A stretch of 64,000 nt of DNA from an uncultured delta proteobacterium (GTDB lineage Bacteria > Desulfobacterota > Binatia > UBA9968): assembly GCA_963745035.1 (NCBI GenBank), contig CAVUVW010000020.1, forward strand, positions 64,001 to 128,000, written 5' to 3'. This document shows, one piece after another, positions 1-13,206 of the stretch. The position numbers and the translations under genes were made by a program. Under the pieces are notes generated by a model. The model was given only the letters and a program-made list of their open reading frames with translations. It was not told the origin of the DNA and ran no database searches. Each line of letters opens with the position of its first letter. Positions within the stretch are counted from its first letter, which is position 1.

Positions 1-685
1 TCCGGCGGCAACCGTGGTGGTTTTTCCATCGGATCACTTCATCCTCGACGAGGAATGTTTTATGGGCGCCGTGCAAAAGGCGCTGCTCGAGCTGCAAAGC
101 AATCCCAGCCGGATGATTCTGCTCGGCATGCCGCCGCAGCTGGGCGAAGAGACCGAATACGGCTATATCGTCGGCACGGGCAAAAGCGCGCACGCCGAAG
201 CCATTCCGGTCGCCGGGTTTGTCGAAAAACCGCCGCTAACTCAGGCCAAAGAGCTGATCCAGCGCGGCGCATTGTGGAATACCATGGTTTTCGCCGTCGA
301 AAACGTCACTCTTTGGGACATAGTGCAGCGCACCGCGCCGATCCTCTACCACGCCTTTCGCCTGATCCAAATGAACTTGCGCGCCGGCTCCCCATCCCAA
401 GCCGTGGAGCACATTTATCAAGCTATTCCCGCAGTGAACTTTTCCTCATCGATATGCGAGCCGCTTGCGGCGCGACTCTGCGTGCTGCCGGTGCCCGACG
501 TCGGCTGGAGCGACTGGGGCACGGTGGGAAGCATCCTGCGAACGCTCAAGAAGCTCGGCGAGTTCGACGCGTTTTGCGCCCGCGCGGGAAAACCTCAGGT
601 GCAGCCGGCATGGCAGAGTCTCGAAACGTGCCGCAAGCCGGGCCGCGCCGAGCCGTACGGCGCTCAGCGCGCCAGCCTCCACTAA
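1..685 (+). CDS. Mannose-1-phosphate guanylyltransferase-like sugar-phosphate nucleotidyltransferase, 5'-truncated by window edge
   Basis: Motifs FPSDHFI, EYGYI, FVEKP, LWNT, GWSDWG; frame open from window start. Confidence 0.85.
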   Translation, partial: PAATVVVFPSDHFILDEECFMGAVQKALLELQSNPSRMILLGMPPQLGEETEYGYIVGTGKSAHAEAIPVAGFVEKPPLTQAKELIQRGALWNTMVFAVENVTLWDIVQRTAPILYHAFRLIQMNLRAGSPSQAVEHIYQAIPAVNFSSSICEPLAARLCVLPVPDVGWSDWGTVGSILRTLKKLGEFDAFCARAGKPQVQPAWQSLETCRKPGRAEPYGAQRASLH

Positions 686-892
686 GCCCGACTTATTCAT
701 CGAACACTCTGCCGGCCGAGGTCACTAGCACCCTGCTTTCATAGTCCCGCAAGTTGCTTCACGCGATGACGACCTTTCATCGCGGCATGGCGCGCCTTGC
801 CCCTACTGCTGGTGTTAGCGGTACAGGCCTATTGCCTTTGTTCGCAAGGGCTGCACTTCGCTCGTGTTTTCAGAGCGAATAATTCAGCACAG

Positions 893-1222
893 CTACTTGG
901 TCCTCTGCGCCGCGCCGTCGGCCACGACGAGATAGATCTCCCGGTTCGGCGACTGGCGCAGGAGCGGCGAGACTTTCTTCGTCCATTGCTGAAACGCCGC
1001 ATCCTCGGTGACTCGATGGATCTGCTTTTCCAGAGTTTCCAGATCGGGCGCGTCCTGGACGAACACCACGTTCGGCGCCTCCGGCGAAGCGAAATGGGTG
1101 TGCAGAATTCGCGCGTTTTGACCGCCGACGTTTTGCACCAGATGGAGCAGCGATTGCAGCTCGTTTTCCAGCTCCCCGGTTTTCCCGGGCAAGGTATGAA
1201 ACATCAGACTTGATGCGTACAT
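893..1222 (-). CDS. Small ABM/NIPSNAP-like dimeric alpha-beta barrel protein
   Basis: 109 aa, PGK..ELE pattern, AAAGGAG RBS upstream, sigma54 motif further upstream. Confidence 0.65.
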   Translation of the reverse strand: MYASSLMFHTLPGKTGELENELQSLLHLVQNVGGQNARILHTHFASPEAPNVVFVQDAPDLETLEKQIHRVTEDAAFQQWTKKVSPLLRQSPNREIYLVVADGAAQRTK

Positions 1223-1429
1223 CTTGGCACTCCTTTCTTTCGCGATCGTTGCTTGGCGCGCGGGTTGATTACGCGCTACCGCCGCGATTCCAAGCTCTCG
1301 ATTTTTTAACTATTCAAAGCGCCGGCGCTTTCACTCGCTGCGCCGGCCCGCGCGCCCGCCGTTTCATCGCTGTTCTACCGCGCAAACTCGTCGCACCCGC
1401 GGCTTGAATGTCACCCGGCAGAAGTTTGG

Positions 1430-1444
1430 GCAACAAACATGCCA
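1430..1444 (-). promoter_or_regulatory. sigma54 -24/-12 promoter for 893..1222
   Basis: TGGCATGTTTGTTGC on minus strand. Confidence 0.7.
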
Positions 1445-1614
1445 GCACACGATCTGCGCAATAGCTTCGAGCCCGCGCGAATGTCGGCATTCCGCTCTCG
1501 TATTCTGGTTCTGCCCGCCTCGGGTTGTCTCCAGCGTGGAACAGCCCGATGACAACCCGTCTTGGGTTTAAGACAGCCCCGAGCGGCGGTCAGCGCCGCC
1601 ACAGCGATCGTTTG

Positions 1615-1630
1615 CGGCATAGGCCTTGCT
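1615..1630 (+). promoter_or_regulatory. sigma54 promoter for sucAB
   Basis: CGGCATAGGCCTTGCT, ~60 nt before ATG 1688; divergent from the 1430 promoter. Confidence 0.7.
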
Positions 1631-1687
1631 CAAAATAATCCCAAAGCAGCGCGCAGTTCGCAGCTCGCTGCCCTCCCCTGCACCGCC

Positions 1688-4453
<2,766 letters not shown>

Positions 4454-4506
4454 GGATCTCGGCGCGGCGCGTCAAGCGCGGCACAGCCATAAAGTGGAAA
4501 GCAGAA

Positions 4507-4970
4507 AACCCACCACGAAGGACACGAAAAGCAGAAGCTGCGTGCTCAAAATATGTGGGTCCGTAGATGATTCATGGAGTCAACAACCGGAAATAAGCGC
4601 AGCATTCCGTCATACCCGCGAAAGCGGGTATCCAGGCGAATTGGGGCGGAGAACAACCTGGATTCCCGCGTGCGCGGGAATGACGAATCGCGGGGAAAAC
4701 GTGCCGACCGAAACCCTCTATTTTCATTCTCTGTGAGCGTGTGCAAGCTCATGGCACACTCCTCCGAAATTCGGCTGTATGAACGCATTGCCGCCTGGTG
4801 TCATTCTGAGGCCCTTCGTCAGTCTCAGGATAAACTCCGCCGAAGAATCTGCTTTCGCTCCCGAGGAAAACAGATGCTTCGCTGCGCTCAGATGACGTAT
4901 CGGAGCCGCGTGGTGATCATGTTTTCATGATCTGGGGCGTGCATAAGATCATGAATCACTTCGTGGTCAC
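4507..4970. repeat. Composite REP/MITE-like palindromic repeat cluster between sucA and sucB
   Basis: CGTCATACCCGCG..GCGGGTATCCAG / CTGGATTCCCGC..GCGGGAATGACG (4608-4685); TGTCATTCTGAG..CGAAGAATCT / AGATGCTTCG..CTCAGATGAC (4799-4896); ACCACGAAG...CTTCGTGGT outer ends; relatives at 30445 and 37592. Confidence 0.75.
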
Positions 4971-5008
4971 ACCCATTAGAAACTTTCAAGAATATTCAGG
5001 AGCGCGCC

Positions 5009-6274
5009 ATGCGGGTAGACATTAAAATTCCAAGCGTCGGCGAATCGATCACCGAAGTGGAGATCGGCGAATGGCTCAAGCAGGCCGGCGACGCGGTCAG
5101 CAAGAACGAAAATCTATTGCTGCTCGAAACCGATAAGGCGACCGTGGAGATCCGCGCGCCGCAAGCGGGCACGCTGGCCGAAGTGCTGAAGCAAAACGGC
5201 GAGAGCGCGGCGGTCGGCGAGGTGATCGGCCGCCTGGAGACCAACGGCGCCGGCGCCCAGGCCGCCCAATCCGAAGGCACGCGCGCCGAGAATCCGCCGC
5301 TGCAAAGCCCGACCCCGCCGGACCCGCCGTCGCCGTCGCCCGACCCGGCGCCGAGCGGCGCAGCGGAGACCGGCGACGGCGCCGCCGAGCAGCGGCTGGC
5401 GCCCGAAGAAGGGCCGAGCGACGGCGAGATGGAGATCATCGGCGCCAAAGAGGAAGCGGCGCAACAGGCCCAGGCTGCCGAGCCGGCGGCAGATCAGCAG
5501 CCGAGCATTGAAGGTCGCGGCGAAGAGGCGCACGAGTTCAGAGAAGCCCCCGCCGCACCACCGCCGCGCTCGGAAGGGCGCGACGAGGTCGTGCCGATGT
5601 CGGTGCTGCGCCGGCGCATCGCCGAGCGGCTCGTGGCGGCGCAACGCAACGCCGCGCTGCTGACGACCTTCAATGAGATCGACATGAGCGCGGTCATCGC
5701 GCTACGTCGCTCGCAAGGCGAAGCATTTCAAAGCCAGCACGGGATCAAGCTCGGCTTCATGTCGTTTTTCGTCAAAGCCGCGGTGGCGGCGCTCCGCGCC
5801 GTCCGGGAGATCAACGCCGAGATCGACGGCGACAAGATCGTCTATCACAACTATTACGACATCGGCGTCGCCGTCGGCGGCGGCAAAGGCCTGGTGGTGC
5901 CCGTGCTGCGCCGTGCCGAAGAGATGAGCTTTGCCGAGATCGAGCGCGCTATCGCCGATTTCGTTGCCCGCGCGCGCGACAACCGCCTGCGGCCCGACGA
6001 GCTGCAAGGCGGCACCTTCACCATCACCAACGGCGGCGTCTACGGCTCGCTGCTCTCCACGCCGATCATCAATCCGCCGCAGAGCGCGATTCTCGGTCTG
6101 CACGCGATCCAGGAGCGCCCGGTGGCGCGCGACGGCGCGGTGGTCGTGCGGCCGATGATGTACGCGGCGCTCACGTACGATCACCGCATCGTCGACGGCC
6201 GCGAGGCCGTGCTCTTTCTCAAGCGCATCAAGACGCTGATCGAAGAGCCGGCGCTCCTGCTGCTCGAGTCGTAG
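5009..6274 (+). CDS. sucB: Dihydrolipoamide succinyltransferase E2
   Basis: Lipoyl domain ETDKAT, Pro/Ala linker, LTTFNEIDM, TFTITNGG, YDHRIVDG; CAGGAG RBS. Confidence 0.95.
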   Translation: MRVDIKIPSVGESITEVEIGEWLKQAGDAVSKNENLLLLETDKATVEIRAPQAGTLAEVLKQNGESAAVGEVIGRLETNGAGAQAAQSEGTRAENPPLQSPTPPDPPSPSPDPAPSGAAETGDGAAEQRLAPEEGPSDGEMEIIGAKEEAAQQAQAAEPAADQQPSIEGRGEEAHEFREAPAAPPPRSEGRDEVVPMSVLRRRIAERLVAAQRNAALLTTFNEIDMSAVIALRRSQGEAFQSQHGIKLGFMSFFVKAAVAALRAVREINAEIDGDKIVYHNYYDIGVAVGGGKGLVVPVLRRAEEMSFAEIERAIADFVARARDNRLRPDELQGGTFTITNGGVYGSLLSTPIINPPQSAILGLHAIQERPVARDGAVVVRPMMYAALTYDHRIVDGREAVLFLKRIKTLIEEPALLLLES

Positions 6275-7436
6275 GGCCGCGCTCTCGGCTGCGCTTGCGC
6301 AGCGACGCGCGCAGCCGCTCGCGCAAGCTTCCGCTGGCCTGCCGGAGATTTCGTCGGAGCAGCGCCGCGACCGCGGTCTCATCGGGCGTCAGGCCGGACA
6401 GCTTGGAAGTCGCGCGACGACTTTGTCCGGCTTTGAAAACCTCGCCAAGCGCGCCGCTGTGATAAGCTGCGAACACCGCCGGATGGACGTAGCACTTCCG
6501 GCACACCGCGATGGTGTTCCCCAGTTGTTTGGCGACGCCTTCGAGCGCGCGGGTGATATTTCTCTTGGTTTTTTTCGCACCGGCCCGCTCGAGCTCGAGC
6601 AGCGTTTTCGCGGCCAGCACGGTGCCCGCCCAGGTGCGAAAATCTTTGCTGCTGAAATCGTCGCCCGCCACCGCGCGCAGATAATCGTTCACGTCGGCCG
6701 AGCCGATGGCGCAGCGCTCGCCGTCCTCATCGACGTATTGAAACAGCTCGTGTCCGGGAAGCTCCTGGCAGCGCCGGATAATTGTAGCGAGCCGCCGATC
6801 GCTCAGATCGAAGGCGTGCCGGACGCGGCTCTTGCCGCGAAATTCAAAGCGGATCTTCGGTCCCGACACGTTTACGTGGCGCGTGCGCAGGGTCGCCAGT
6901 CCGAAGGAGCCGTTGTGACGCGCGTACTCTTCGTTGCCGACGCGGATCATCCCGCTTTCGAGCAGGCGGACCACGGTGGCGAGCACTTTTCGCCGCGGCA
7001 GGCCGGCCAGCGCGAGATCCTTTTCCACTTGTCGACGGATCGCCGGCAGTTGCTTGGCGAACGCCGGCAGCTTTTCATACTTGGTTTGATCTCTGACCTC
7101 GCGCCAGCGCGGATGGTAGCGGTGCTGCTTCCTGCCTTTGGCGTCGCGCCCGGTCGCCTGCAGATGGCCGTTGGGCAGGGGGCAAATCCACACGTCGCTC
7201 CAGGCCGGCGGAATCGCCAGGGACTTAATACGGCGGATCTCCGCGGCATCGCGAATGAGCTTGCCGTCCGCCGTCGTGTAGACAAAGCCGCTTCCGGCGC
7301 GCCGGCGAGCGATGCCGCGCGCCTCGTCACTCACGTAGCGTAGGCCCGCTGCCCTGGCGGATTCCGCCGCATCGCCCGGCGACGGCGCGTCGTCGGAGCC
7401 GTCTCGCGCTTCGGCAAGCGCAGCGCCGGTCTTCAT
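6228..7436 (-). CDS. DNA topoisomerase IB (bacterial, poxvirus-like)
   Basis: IPPAWSDVWIC, QATGRDAKGRKQHRYHP, RVGNEEY, FRGKS, KDFRTW, LGNT..VCRKCYVHP; 3' end overlaps sucB by 47 nt. Confidence 0.92.
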   Translation of the reverse strand: MKTGAALAEARDGSDDAPSPGDAAESARAAGLRYVSDEARGIARRRAGSGFVYTTADGKLIRDAAEIRRIKSLAIPPAWSDVWICPLPNGHLQATGRDAKGRKQHRYHPRWREVRDQTKYEKLPAFAKQLPAIRRQVEKDLALAGLPRRKVLATVVRLLESGMIRVGNEEYARHNGSFGLATLRTRHVNVSGPKIRFEFRGKSRVRHAFDLSDRRLATIIRRCQELPGHELFQYVDEDGERCAIGSADVNDYLRAVAGDDFSSKDFRTWAGTVLAAKTLLELERAGAKKTKRNITRALEGVAKQLGNTIAVCRKCYVHPAVFAAYHSGALGEVFKAGQSRRATSKLSGLTPDETAVAALLRRNLRQASGSLRERLRASLRKRSRERGPTTRAAGAPALRSAS

Positions 7437-7665
7437 CGCGAAACCTGCGGTGACGACTCGGCTCCGCGCCCGTGGGGCGCAATCCTGGAGTCGTGAAGAC
7501 ACTCACGCCTGCCGCAAAGTCTTTTGCGTTCGGCGAGCCGTCGCTCCGCGGGCAATAATTCGTGAAACACCGGCGATCGCGATCGGTTCAGAAGCGGCAA
7601 AGCATTGTCTCTACGGCGGCAGCAGGATTGCGCGCGGTGAGGCGGATCGCTCTCAGGCTCTGGGT

Positions 7666-7956
7666 TCAGCTTGTGTAGCCCCGGTTGGCGGCGTGCCGGC
7701 GCGCTTCGAGCTTGGCGACTTTGCGGTACGCGCCGAACAGGAGCCAAGCCGGCGCCCATTGGGCGATAAAGCAGCCCCAGCGGCTGCGGCCGGCGACATG
7801 GCACGCTAGAGCCAACGCCACAGCGCCCAAAGCCGCGCCGAGATAAGCCGACGAAGGCACCAAAGCGGCGCACTCTTCGACGACTTCCGCGAGATTTTCG
7901 TTGGGCTGGCGCGGCGCGCCGGTTGCCAAGGCGTTTTCGTAATTGTCCATAAGCAT
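7666..7956 (-). CDS. Conserved small membrane protein, paralog of 26559..26822
   Basis: PSSAYL..A...FIAQWAP.WLL.G.Y.K..KLE shared with 26559 ORF. Confidence 0.7.
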   Translation of the reverse strand: MLMDNYENALATGAPRQPNENLAEVVEECAALVPSSAYLGAALGAVALALACHVAGRSRWGCFIAQWAPAWLLFGAYRKVAKLEARRHAANRGYTS

Positions 7957-8019
7957 CTTCCATGATTTATTTTCTTCGAATCTCCTCCGCTCGCGCGCAC
8001 GCCCGCCGTGGAATTTTTC

Positions 8020-8035
8020 AGCAATGCATATGCCA
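8020..8035 (-). promoter_or_regulatory. sigma54 promoter for 7956 ORF and possibly topoisomerase IB
   Basis: TGGCATATGCATTGCT. Confidence 0.75.
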
Positions 8036-8331
8036 CGTTTCTGCGACAGTCGCGTCGCCGGCGACCTTCGCGCGAATGAGCCAGGCGCGGACGCTTGGCC
8101 GGCTGATTTTCCGGTGAGTTATGGCGGGTGACAACGAGCCGACGGTGGAACAATTGCCAGCGCGAAAGAATCTATTTCTTATTTCTAGATCGCCGTGAGT
8201 CCAAAGCTGTATTGGAGCTGAGACAGCCCCGGCCCTCGGCACCTGCCGGACAAACAGACGTTTTCCGAGTTTTCCGCGTGGGATCATCGACATCGATCGT
8301 TGCCCACTCCACACAAGACGCCTCCGGCGAT

Positions 8332-8347
8332 TGGCTCCGCTTTTGCT
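8332..8347 (+). promoter_or_regulatory. sigma54 promoter for GT4 gene
   Basis: TGGCTCCGCTTTTGCT. Confidence 0.6.
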
Positions 8348-8484
8348 TTGCATCATGACCGTCTGCATCATGAACGGTTGAATGATTCGATTGTTCACCG
8401 AAAGGAGTTTGCCGGCGCGGTCTCGGCGAGCTAAGGGTTTCGTTCGCCTCGAGCTCGGATTGCGCCAGCGATAAAAAGTACCCA

Positions 8485-9585
8485 ATGCGAATCGCGCAAA
8501 TCGCGCCGCTCTACGAGCGAGTTCCGCCGCTGTTTTACGGCGGTACCGAGCGCGTCGTCTCCTATCTCACCGAGGAGTTGGTGCGCCAGGGACACGATGT
8601 CACCCTTTTTGCCAGCGGCGATTCGGTCACGCGAGCGCGCCTGGTGGCTTGCTCCGAGCGCTCGCTCCGCCTCGATAAACGCGTCGTTGATCCGGTGGCG
8701 CATCATTTCGTCGAGCTCGAAGCGGTCTTCGCGCGCGCCGCGGAGTTCGACGTGCTTCATTTTCATATCGACTATCTGCACTATCCATTTTCCCAGCGGC
8801 AGAATGTCCGCCACGTGACCACGCTCCACGGCCTGCTCGAGCTGCGCGACTTACAGCCGCTCTACAAGATTTTCTCCGACGTGCCCGTGGTATCGATTTC
8901 AGACGCGCAGCGCCGCCCGCTGCCGGGCGCCAACTGGCAGGGCACGGTGCACCACGGCTTGCCCGTCGATCTTTACAGGCCGCGCCGCGAAGCGGGCGAT
9001 TACCTGGTTTTTCTCGGGCGCATCGCGGTCGAAAAACGCGTGGACCGCGCCATCGAGATCGCCAAGCGCTGCCGCATGCCGCTCAAGATCGCGGCCAAGG
9101 TGGACAACTTCGACCGCAAATACTTCGAGCGCTCGATCAAGCCGCTGCTCGATGATCCGCTGGTGGAATGGGTCGGCGAGGTCGGCGAAGATGGCAAACA
9201 GGATCTACTCGCGCACGCCTATGCGCTGCTGTTTCCGATCGATTGGCCCGAGCCCTTCGGCTTGGTACTGGTGGAAGCCATGGCCTGCGGCACGCCGTCG
9301 ATCGCGTATCGCTGCGGCGCGGTGCCCGAGCTGGTGGAGGACGGCGTAACTGGTTATATCGTCAACGACGTGAGCGCGGCCGTTGAAGCGGTCGCCAAGG
9401 TGGGGCGTCTGGATCGCAGTTTGTGCCGGCGCCGTTTCGAAGAGCGCTTCAGCGCCAAGCGCATGGCGCAAAGCTACCTCGAAATTTACCAGCGGCTCAT
9501 GCCGGCAAAACAAAACCATAAGAAACCGCTTCGGCCCGCGCCCGCGTCGGTGAATGCGCAGCCCGGCAACCCGCTGGTGTCTTAG
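8485..9585 (+). CDS. Glycosyltransferase family 4 protein
   Basis: MRIAQIAPL..VPP..YGGTERV, FLGRI..EK, WPEPFGLVLVEAMACGTP. Confidence 0.92.
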   Translation: MRIAQIAPLYERVPPLFYGGTERVVSYLTEELVRQGHDVTLFASGDSVTRARLVACSERSLRLDKRVVDPVAHHFVELEAVFARAAEFDVLHFHIDYLHYPFSQRQNVRHVTTLHGLLELRDLQPLYKIFSDVPVVSISDAQRRPLPGANWQGTVHHGLPVDLYRPRREAGDYLVFLGRIAVEKRVDRAIEIAKRCRMPLKIAAKVDNFDRKYFERSIKPLLDDPLVEWVGEVGEDGKQDLLAHAYALLFPIDWPEPFGLVLVEAMACGTPSIAYRCGAVPELVEDGVTGYIVNDVSAAVEAVAKVGRLDRSLCRRRFEERFSAKRMAQSYLEIYQRLMPAKQNHKKPLRPAPASVNAQPGNPLVS

Positions 9586-9590
9586 TCAAT

Positions 9591-11742
9591 TTAATAGATG
9601 ACGATGTCGGCGTCGCCTTCGCGCCGCTCAACGCCGATGCCGCGAAACGAGCGGTCGACCACCAGATCGAGCCGCGCGTTGCCCACCGTCAGATTTTTGA
9701 TGCGAATTTCGTCGAGGAATGCCGGCAGAGTCGGGGCGCCGAAGCGCACTTGCGCAGCCGCTCCGTCGATCGACAACCCCAGACACGCTTGCAACATCAT
9801 GAACACGGACGCGGCGGCCCACGCCTGGGGCGCGCACGCCACCGGATAGAGCGTCGGCCCTTCCCCTTCGCGCCGGCGAAAACCGCAAAAGAGCTCGGGC
9901 AAGCGGCGCAGCTCGAAGAACGTGCTGGCGTCGAACAGGCCGGTGATCACCTGGTTCACCGCATCCTTCAGTCCGTAGTTGGCCAGCCCGGCGGCGAAGA
10001 TCGCGTTGTCGTGCGGCCAGACCGAGCCGTTATGATACGACATCGGATTGTAGCGCACCTCCGCGGTCGCCAAGGTGCGCACGCCCCAGCCGGAAAAACA
10101 ATCTTCGCGCAGCAGCCGCTCGGCGATTTGCCTGGCGTAGTCTTCGCTCGCGATGCCGCTGAACAGGCAATGGCCGGCGTTGGAAGCGACGACTCCGCAA
10201 GGGCGCTTGTCGCCGTCAAGGGCCACCGCGAAGCTCGCCAGATCTTCGGACCAATATGCTTCGTTAAAACGATTGCGCAGAGTCTGCGCCTGTTCGAGCA
10301 GCTCGTAAGCATAGCCGCTTTCCCCGACCGCGTCGGCCAGCCGCGCGCCCGCGCTTTTCGCCGCATAGGCGTAGGCTTGCACTTCGGAGAGCGCGATCGG
10401 CCCGGCGGGCAGCGCGCCGTCGGCGTGGGAAATCGAATCCCACGAATCCTTCCAGCCCTGCTGCGCCAAGCCGCGCGAAGATAAGCGCGCGGATTCGACG
10501 AACCCGTCGCCGTCGATATCGCCGTAGCGATCGAGCCAGTCGAGAGCTGCGCGAACGTTGGGCCAGATCGCCTCGAGAAAAGCCCGGTCGCCGGTGCGCT
10601 CGTAATATGCGCCGGCGAGCATGACGAACAGCGGCGTGGAATCCGTGCTGCCATAGTAAAGGCCGAACGGCACTTCGTCGAGCGCCGCCATCTCGCCGCA
10701 ACGCATCTCGTGCAAGTATCTTTCCCGGCGTCGCGTCGCGCTCGGCGATCCGCTCCTTCGCCTGATACGCCGCGAGATAGCGCAACACGCCGCGCGCGAT
10801 TTGCGGGTTGAGCCAGAGAGTCGCCAGCGCCGTAATGATCCCGTCGCGCCCGAACGCGGTGCTGAACCACGGCACACCCGCGTAGGGATAAAGACCGTGC
10901 TCGGTTTCCGTCAACATCATCTGCAGATCCGACGACGAGCGCTCGAGCCAACGATTAAACTCGTGATTGGACGTACGCACCACGCACTGATCCGCTTTGC
11001 TGCGGCGCTCGCGCTCGGCGGCGTCGAGCGCAGGGACAGCCGACATCCGGCGCCGCGGGCGGTCGTCGATATCGAAATGATAACTCAGCGCGAACTGCTC
11101 CCGCTTTCCGGGCGGCAGCATGCGATGGAAATAGGCGCGCGATGCCGACAACTGCTCGGGGCCTGGCGCAAACTCGATGGTCGTTCTGCGCGTGACGTGA
11201 TCCAAACCCCGATAGCCCAACACCACCCGATCGGCGGTAATCTCATCCGGCAGCCGCCGTCCGCGCGCGCCGCGCTTCATTCCGCGCACTTCGAAGATGT
11301 CGGCGAAATCAGCATCGTATTGCAGGGTAAAAGACAGCTCGATTGGGATCAGGCTGTAGTTGGTGAGCTCGAAAGCTTCAAAGCAGGTCGCCTGCCACAA
11401 AAACTTGGTGCGAAAGATATGCAGATCGCCGCGGCGCAGCGCAACTCCCCCGTTTACGTAAAGATCAGGATTGGTCAGGTTGACCGCAAATAAGAGATTG
11501 TCATTCTTGATCGTCGAGCTCAGCAGAAACGGCTGCAGATTGCCCAAGCGAAATGCGAGCAGCGAGAGAAACCGGGTTCCTTCATGATAGATCCCCTGCT
11601 CGCCCAAGCCGGCGTGCTGAATGTCGCCGTTATGATCGAAAACACCGAAACTATCATCGTGCTTGAGCACGCGAACGTCCGCGCTGCTCGATGCCGTCGT
11701 GACAATATAGTAGTCGTCGGTGACGCGAAGAATATCGTTCAT
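9591..11742 (-). pseudogene. Amylo-alpha-1,6-glucosidase / glycogen debranching enzyme, split by one +1 frameshift near 10714 (possibly a sequencing error)
   Basis: N-half VLKHDD, ADFADIFEVRG, AGVPWFSTAFGRD, PGKIL; continues in another frame HEMR.GE, YYGSTDSTPLF, QGWKDS, YHNGSVWPHD, PQAWAA. Confidence 0.88.
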
Positions 11743-12130
11743 GGCTGATTCACTCGCTTCTTTGTACGTAAGGTATCGCGCCGGGCGCATTGAGCGTTCA
11801 TTCTAGTGCAACGCTTCTTGCCTGTCATCCCTGCCAGCATAGCAAATTGCTTCGCGCCGGCCAGCGTTCCCGCTGGGTTGCGCGCAGAACGTTTCACTGA
11901 TGGGAATCGGCCCGCGCAAGACATGCGCGTTCAAAGCGGAGAGATACAGTCGATCATGCGTGCGATCGCGCGCATTTCTCCGCGCTGCGACATGCACCCG
12001 TTGCGCTGTTCTCGCTTGGGACAAACTTTGCGCGGCTATCGATCAGCGAAGTTCCGATCGACGCGCCGGCTTAGCGTAATTACATTGCTGTTCGCGCGCA
12101 CATCGCACACGAGCGGCACAGAATCACTCG

Positions 12131-12146
12131 TGGCATATATGTTGCC
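12131..12146 (+). promoter_or_regulatory. Orphan sigma54 promoter (no sizeable downstream + strand ORF)
   Basis: TGGCATATATGTTGCC. Confidence 0.6.
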
Positions 12147-12256
12147 GAAAGTGCGAAGCAGCGGTTACCCGAACCGGAAACTTCGGAGTCCTTAACGTGC
12201 GCCTCGAGTTCGCGCGGAAAGGGGTCTGGAGGCTGGCAAGAATCAGCTAGAGCTGC

Positions 12257-13144
12257 TTAGGGGAGAAGCGCGGATGGACAAGCGACGGATGGAGGGCGGC
12301 TGCGCGCCGCCCTCCATGCGGTGGTTTTAACTGAACGGGTACTTATTCTCTGCCGGTCGGCTTGGTCGCCGGGCCTGTGGTCTGGCCGCTTCTCGGGCGG
12401 GCTGCCGGCTTGAGTGCCGCGCTTGCTGACGCCTTTCGAGGTCTCCGGCTGCTGCGTCGTGCCTGAGCTCGAGGACTGACCCGGGCTCGTGGAGCTCGAG
12501 CCGGAGCCGCTGCCGCTCCCTATGCCGCTCGAATCCTTCGAAGAGCCGCGGCTACCGCTCGAAGAGCCGCTGCCCGACGAGCTCCCGGTTCCAGAAGAGC
12601 TACCCATACCGGAAGAACCGGAAGAGGAGCTTCCCATGCCCGATGAGCCGCTTCTGCTCGACGAACCCATACCCGAGGATGAGCTGGCTACGTCAACGCC
12701 GAGCGCGCTGGCGGTCTTTTCATCGATGCGCCCGCTGGCGGTCAGGTTGTTGGATTTTTGAAATTCCCGCAGGGCGCTTTGTGTTTTCGGACCCATCACG
12801 CCGTCCTCAGGACCCGGATCCATGCCTTTGCTCTTCAAGGCGGCTTGGACTTCTTTCACCTTTTCCTTGGACATGCTCCCGGCGCTTGCTCTGCGAGCGC
12901 TTCCCTCACTGCCACGATCGCTTTGCACGCTGCTGCCGCCTCGATCCGTTTGCATGCTGCCCGACGATGACCCGCGTTGGCTGCTGCTGCCAGTCGCGGA
13001 CGGATCGCTCGACTTCTGAGATTCACTGCCGCTCTTCGAGGATCCCGCGCCGCTCGAACCTCCGGTCTGCGTCCATGCGTGCGGTGCCATCACTAATACC
13101 GCGCCGCTCAGCACCAGACTCGATAAAACTTGCGTTTTCTTCAT
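12257..13144 (-). CDS. Secreted Ser/Gly-rich protein with peptidoglycan-binding (PG_binding_1) domain
   Basis: Signal peptide MKKTQVLSSLVL..., VKEVQAALKSKGMDPGPEDGVMGPKTQSALREFQ, GSSS/GSSGM repeats; C-terminal tail may be frameshifted near 12390. Confidence 0.85.
   Translation of the reverse strand: MKKTQVLSSLVLSGAVLVMAPHAWTQTGGSSGAGSSKSGSESQKSSDPSATGSSSQRGSSSGSMQTDRGGSSVQSDRGSEGSARRASAGSMSKEKVKEVQAALKSKGMDPGPEDGVMGPKTQSALREFQKSNNLTASGRIDEKTASALGVDVASSSSGMGSSSRSGSSGMGSSSSGSSGMGSSSGTGSSSGSGSSSGSRGSSKDSSGIGSGSGSGSSSTSPGQSSSSGTTQQPETSKGVSKRGTQAGSPPEKRPDHRPGDQADRQRISTRSVKTTAWRAARSRPPSVACPSALLP
12289..12317. terminator. GC-rich hairpin, probable terminator
   Basis: ATGGAGGGCGGC-TGCGC-GCCGCCCTCCAT followed by GCGGTGGTTTT on +. 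Confidence 0.55.
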
Positions 13145-13190
13145 GTTCTCTCCCTTTCCTTTTAAGTTATTTCCGTCCACCCGTTATAGC

Positions 13191-13206
13191 AGCAACCCCT
13201 ATGCCA
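13191..13206 (-). promoter_or_regulatory. sigma54 promoter for PG-binding protein
   Basis: TGGCATAGGGGTTGCT. Confidence 0.75.

Noticed and set aside
10700-10730. Programmed frameshifting at the debranching-enzyme break
   Set aside because: The adjacent GGGAAAG run does not coincide with the break, I saw no stimulatory structure, and similar single indels occur in other genes here
11807-11824. AGGCAAGAAGCGTTGCA (minus strand) upstream of the debranching gene as a sigma54 promoter
   Set aside because: GG-GC spacing is 11, not 10; not counted, although an indel error is possible
12480-12700. Repetitive GAAGAGC/CCCAT tract
   Set aside because: Encodes the Ser/Gly low-complexity region of the PG-binding protein
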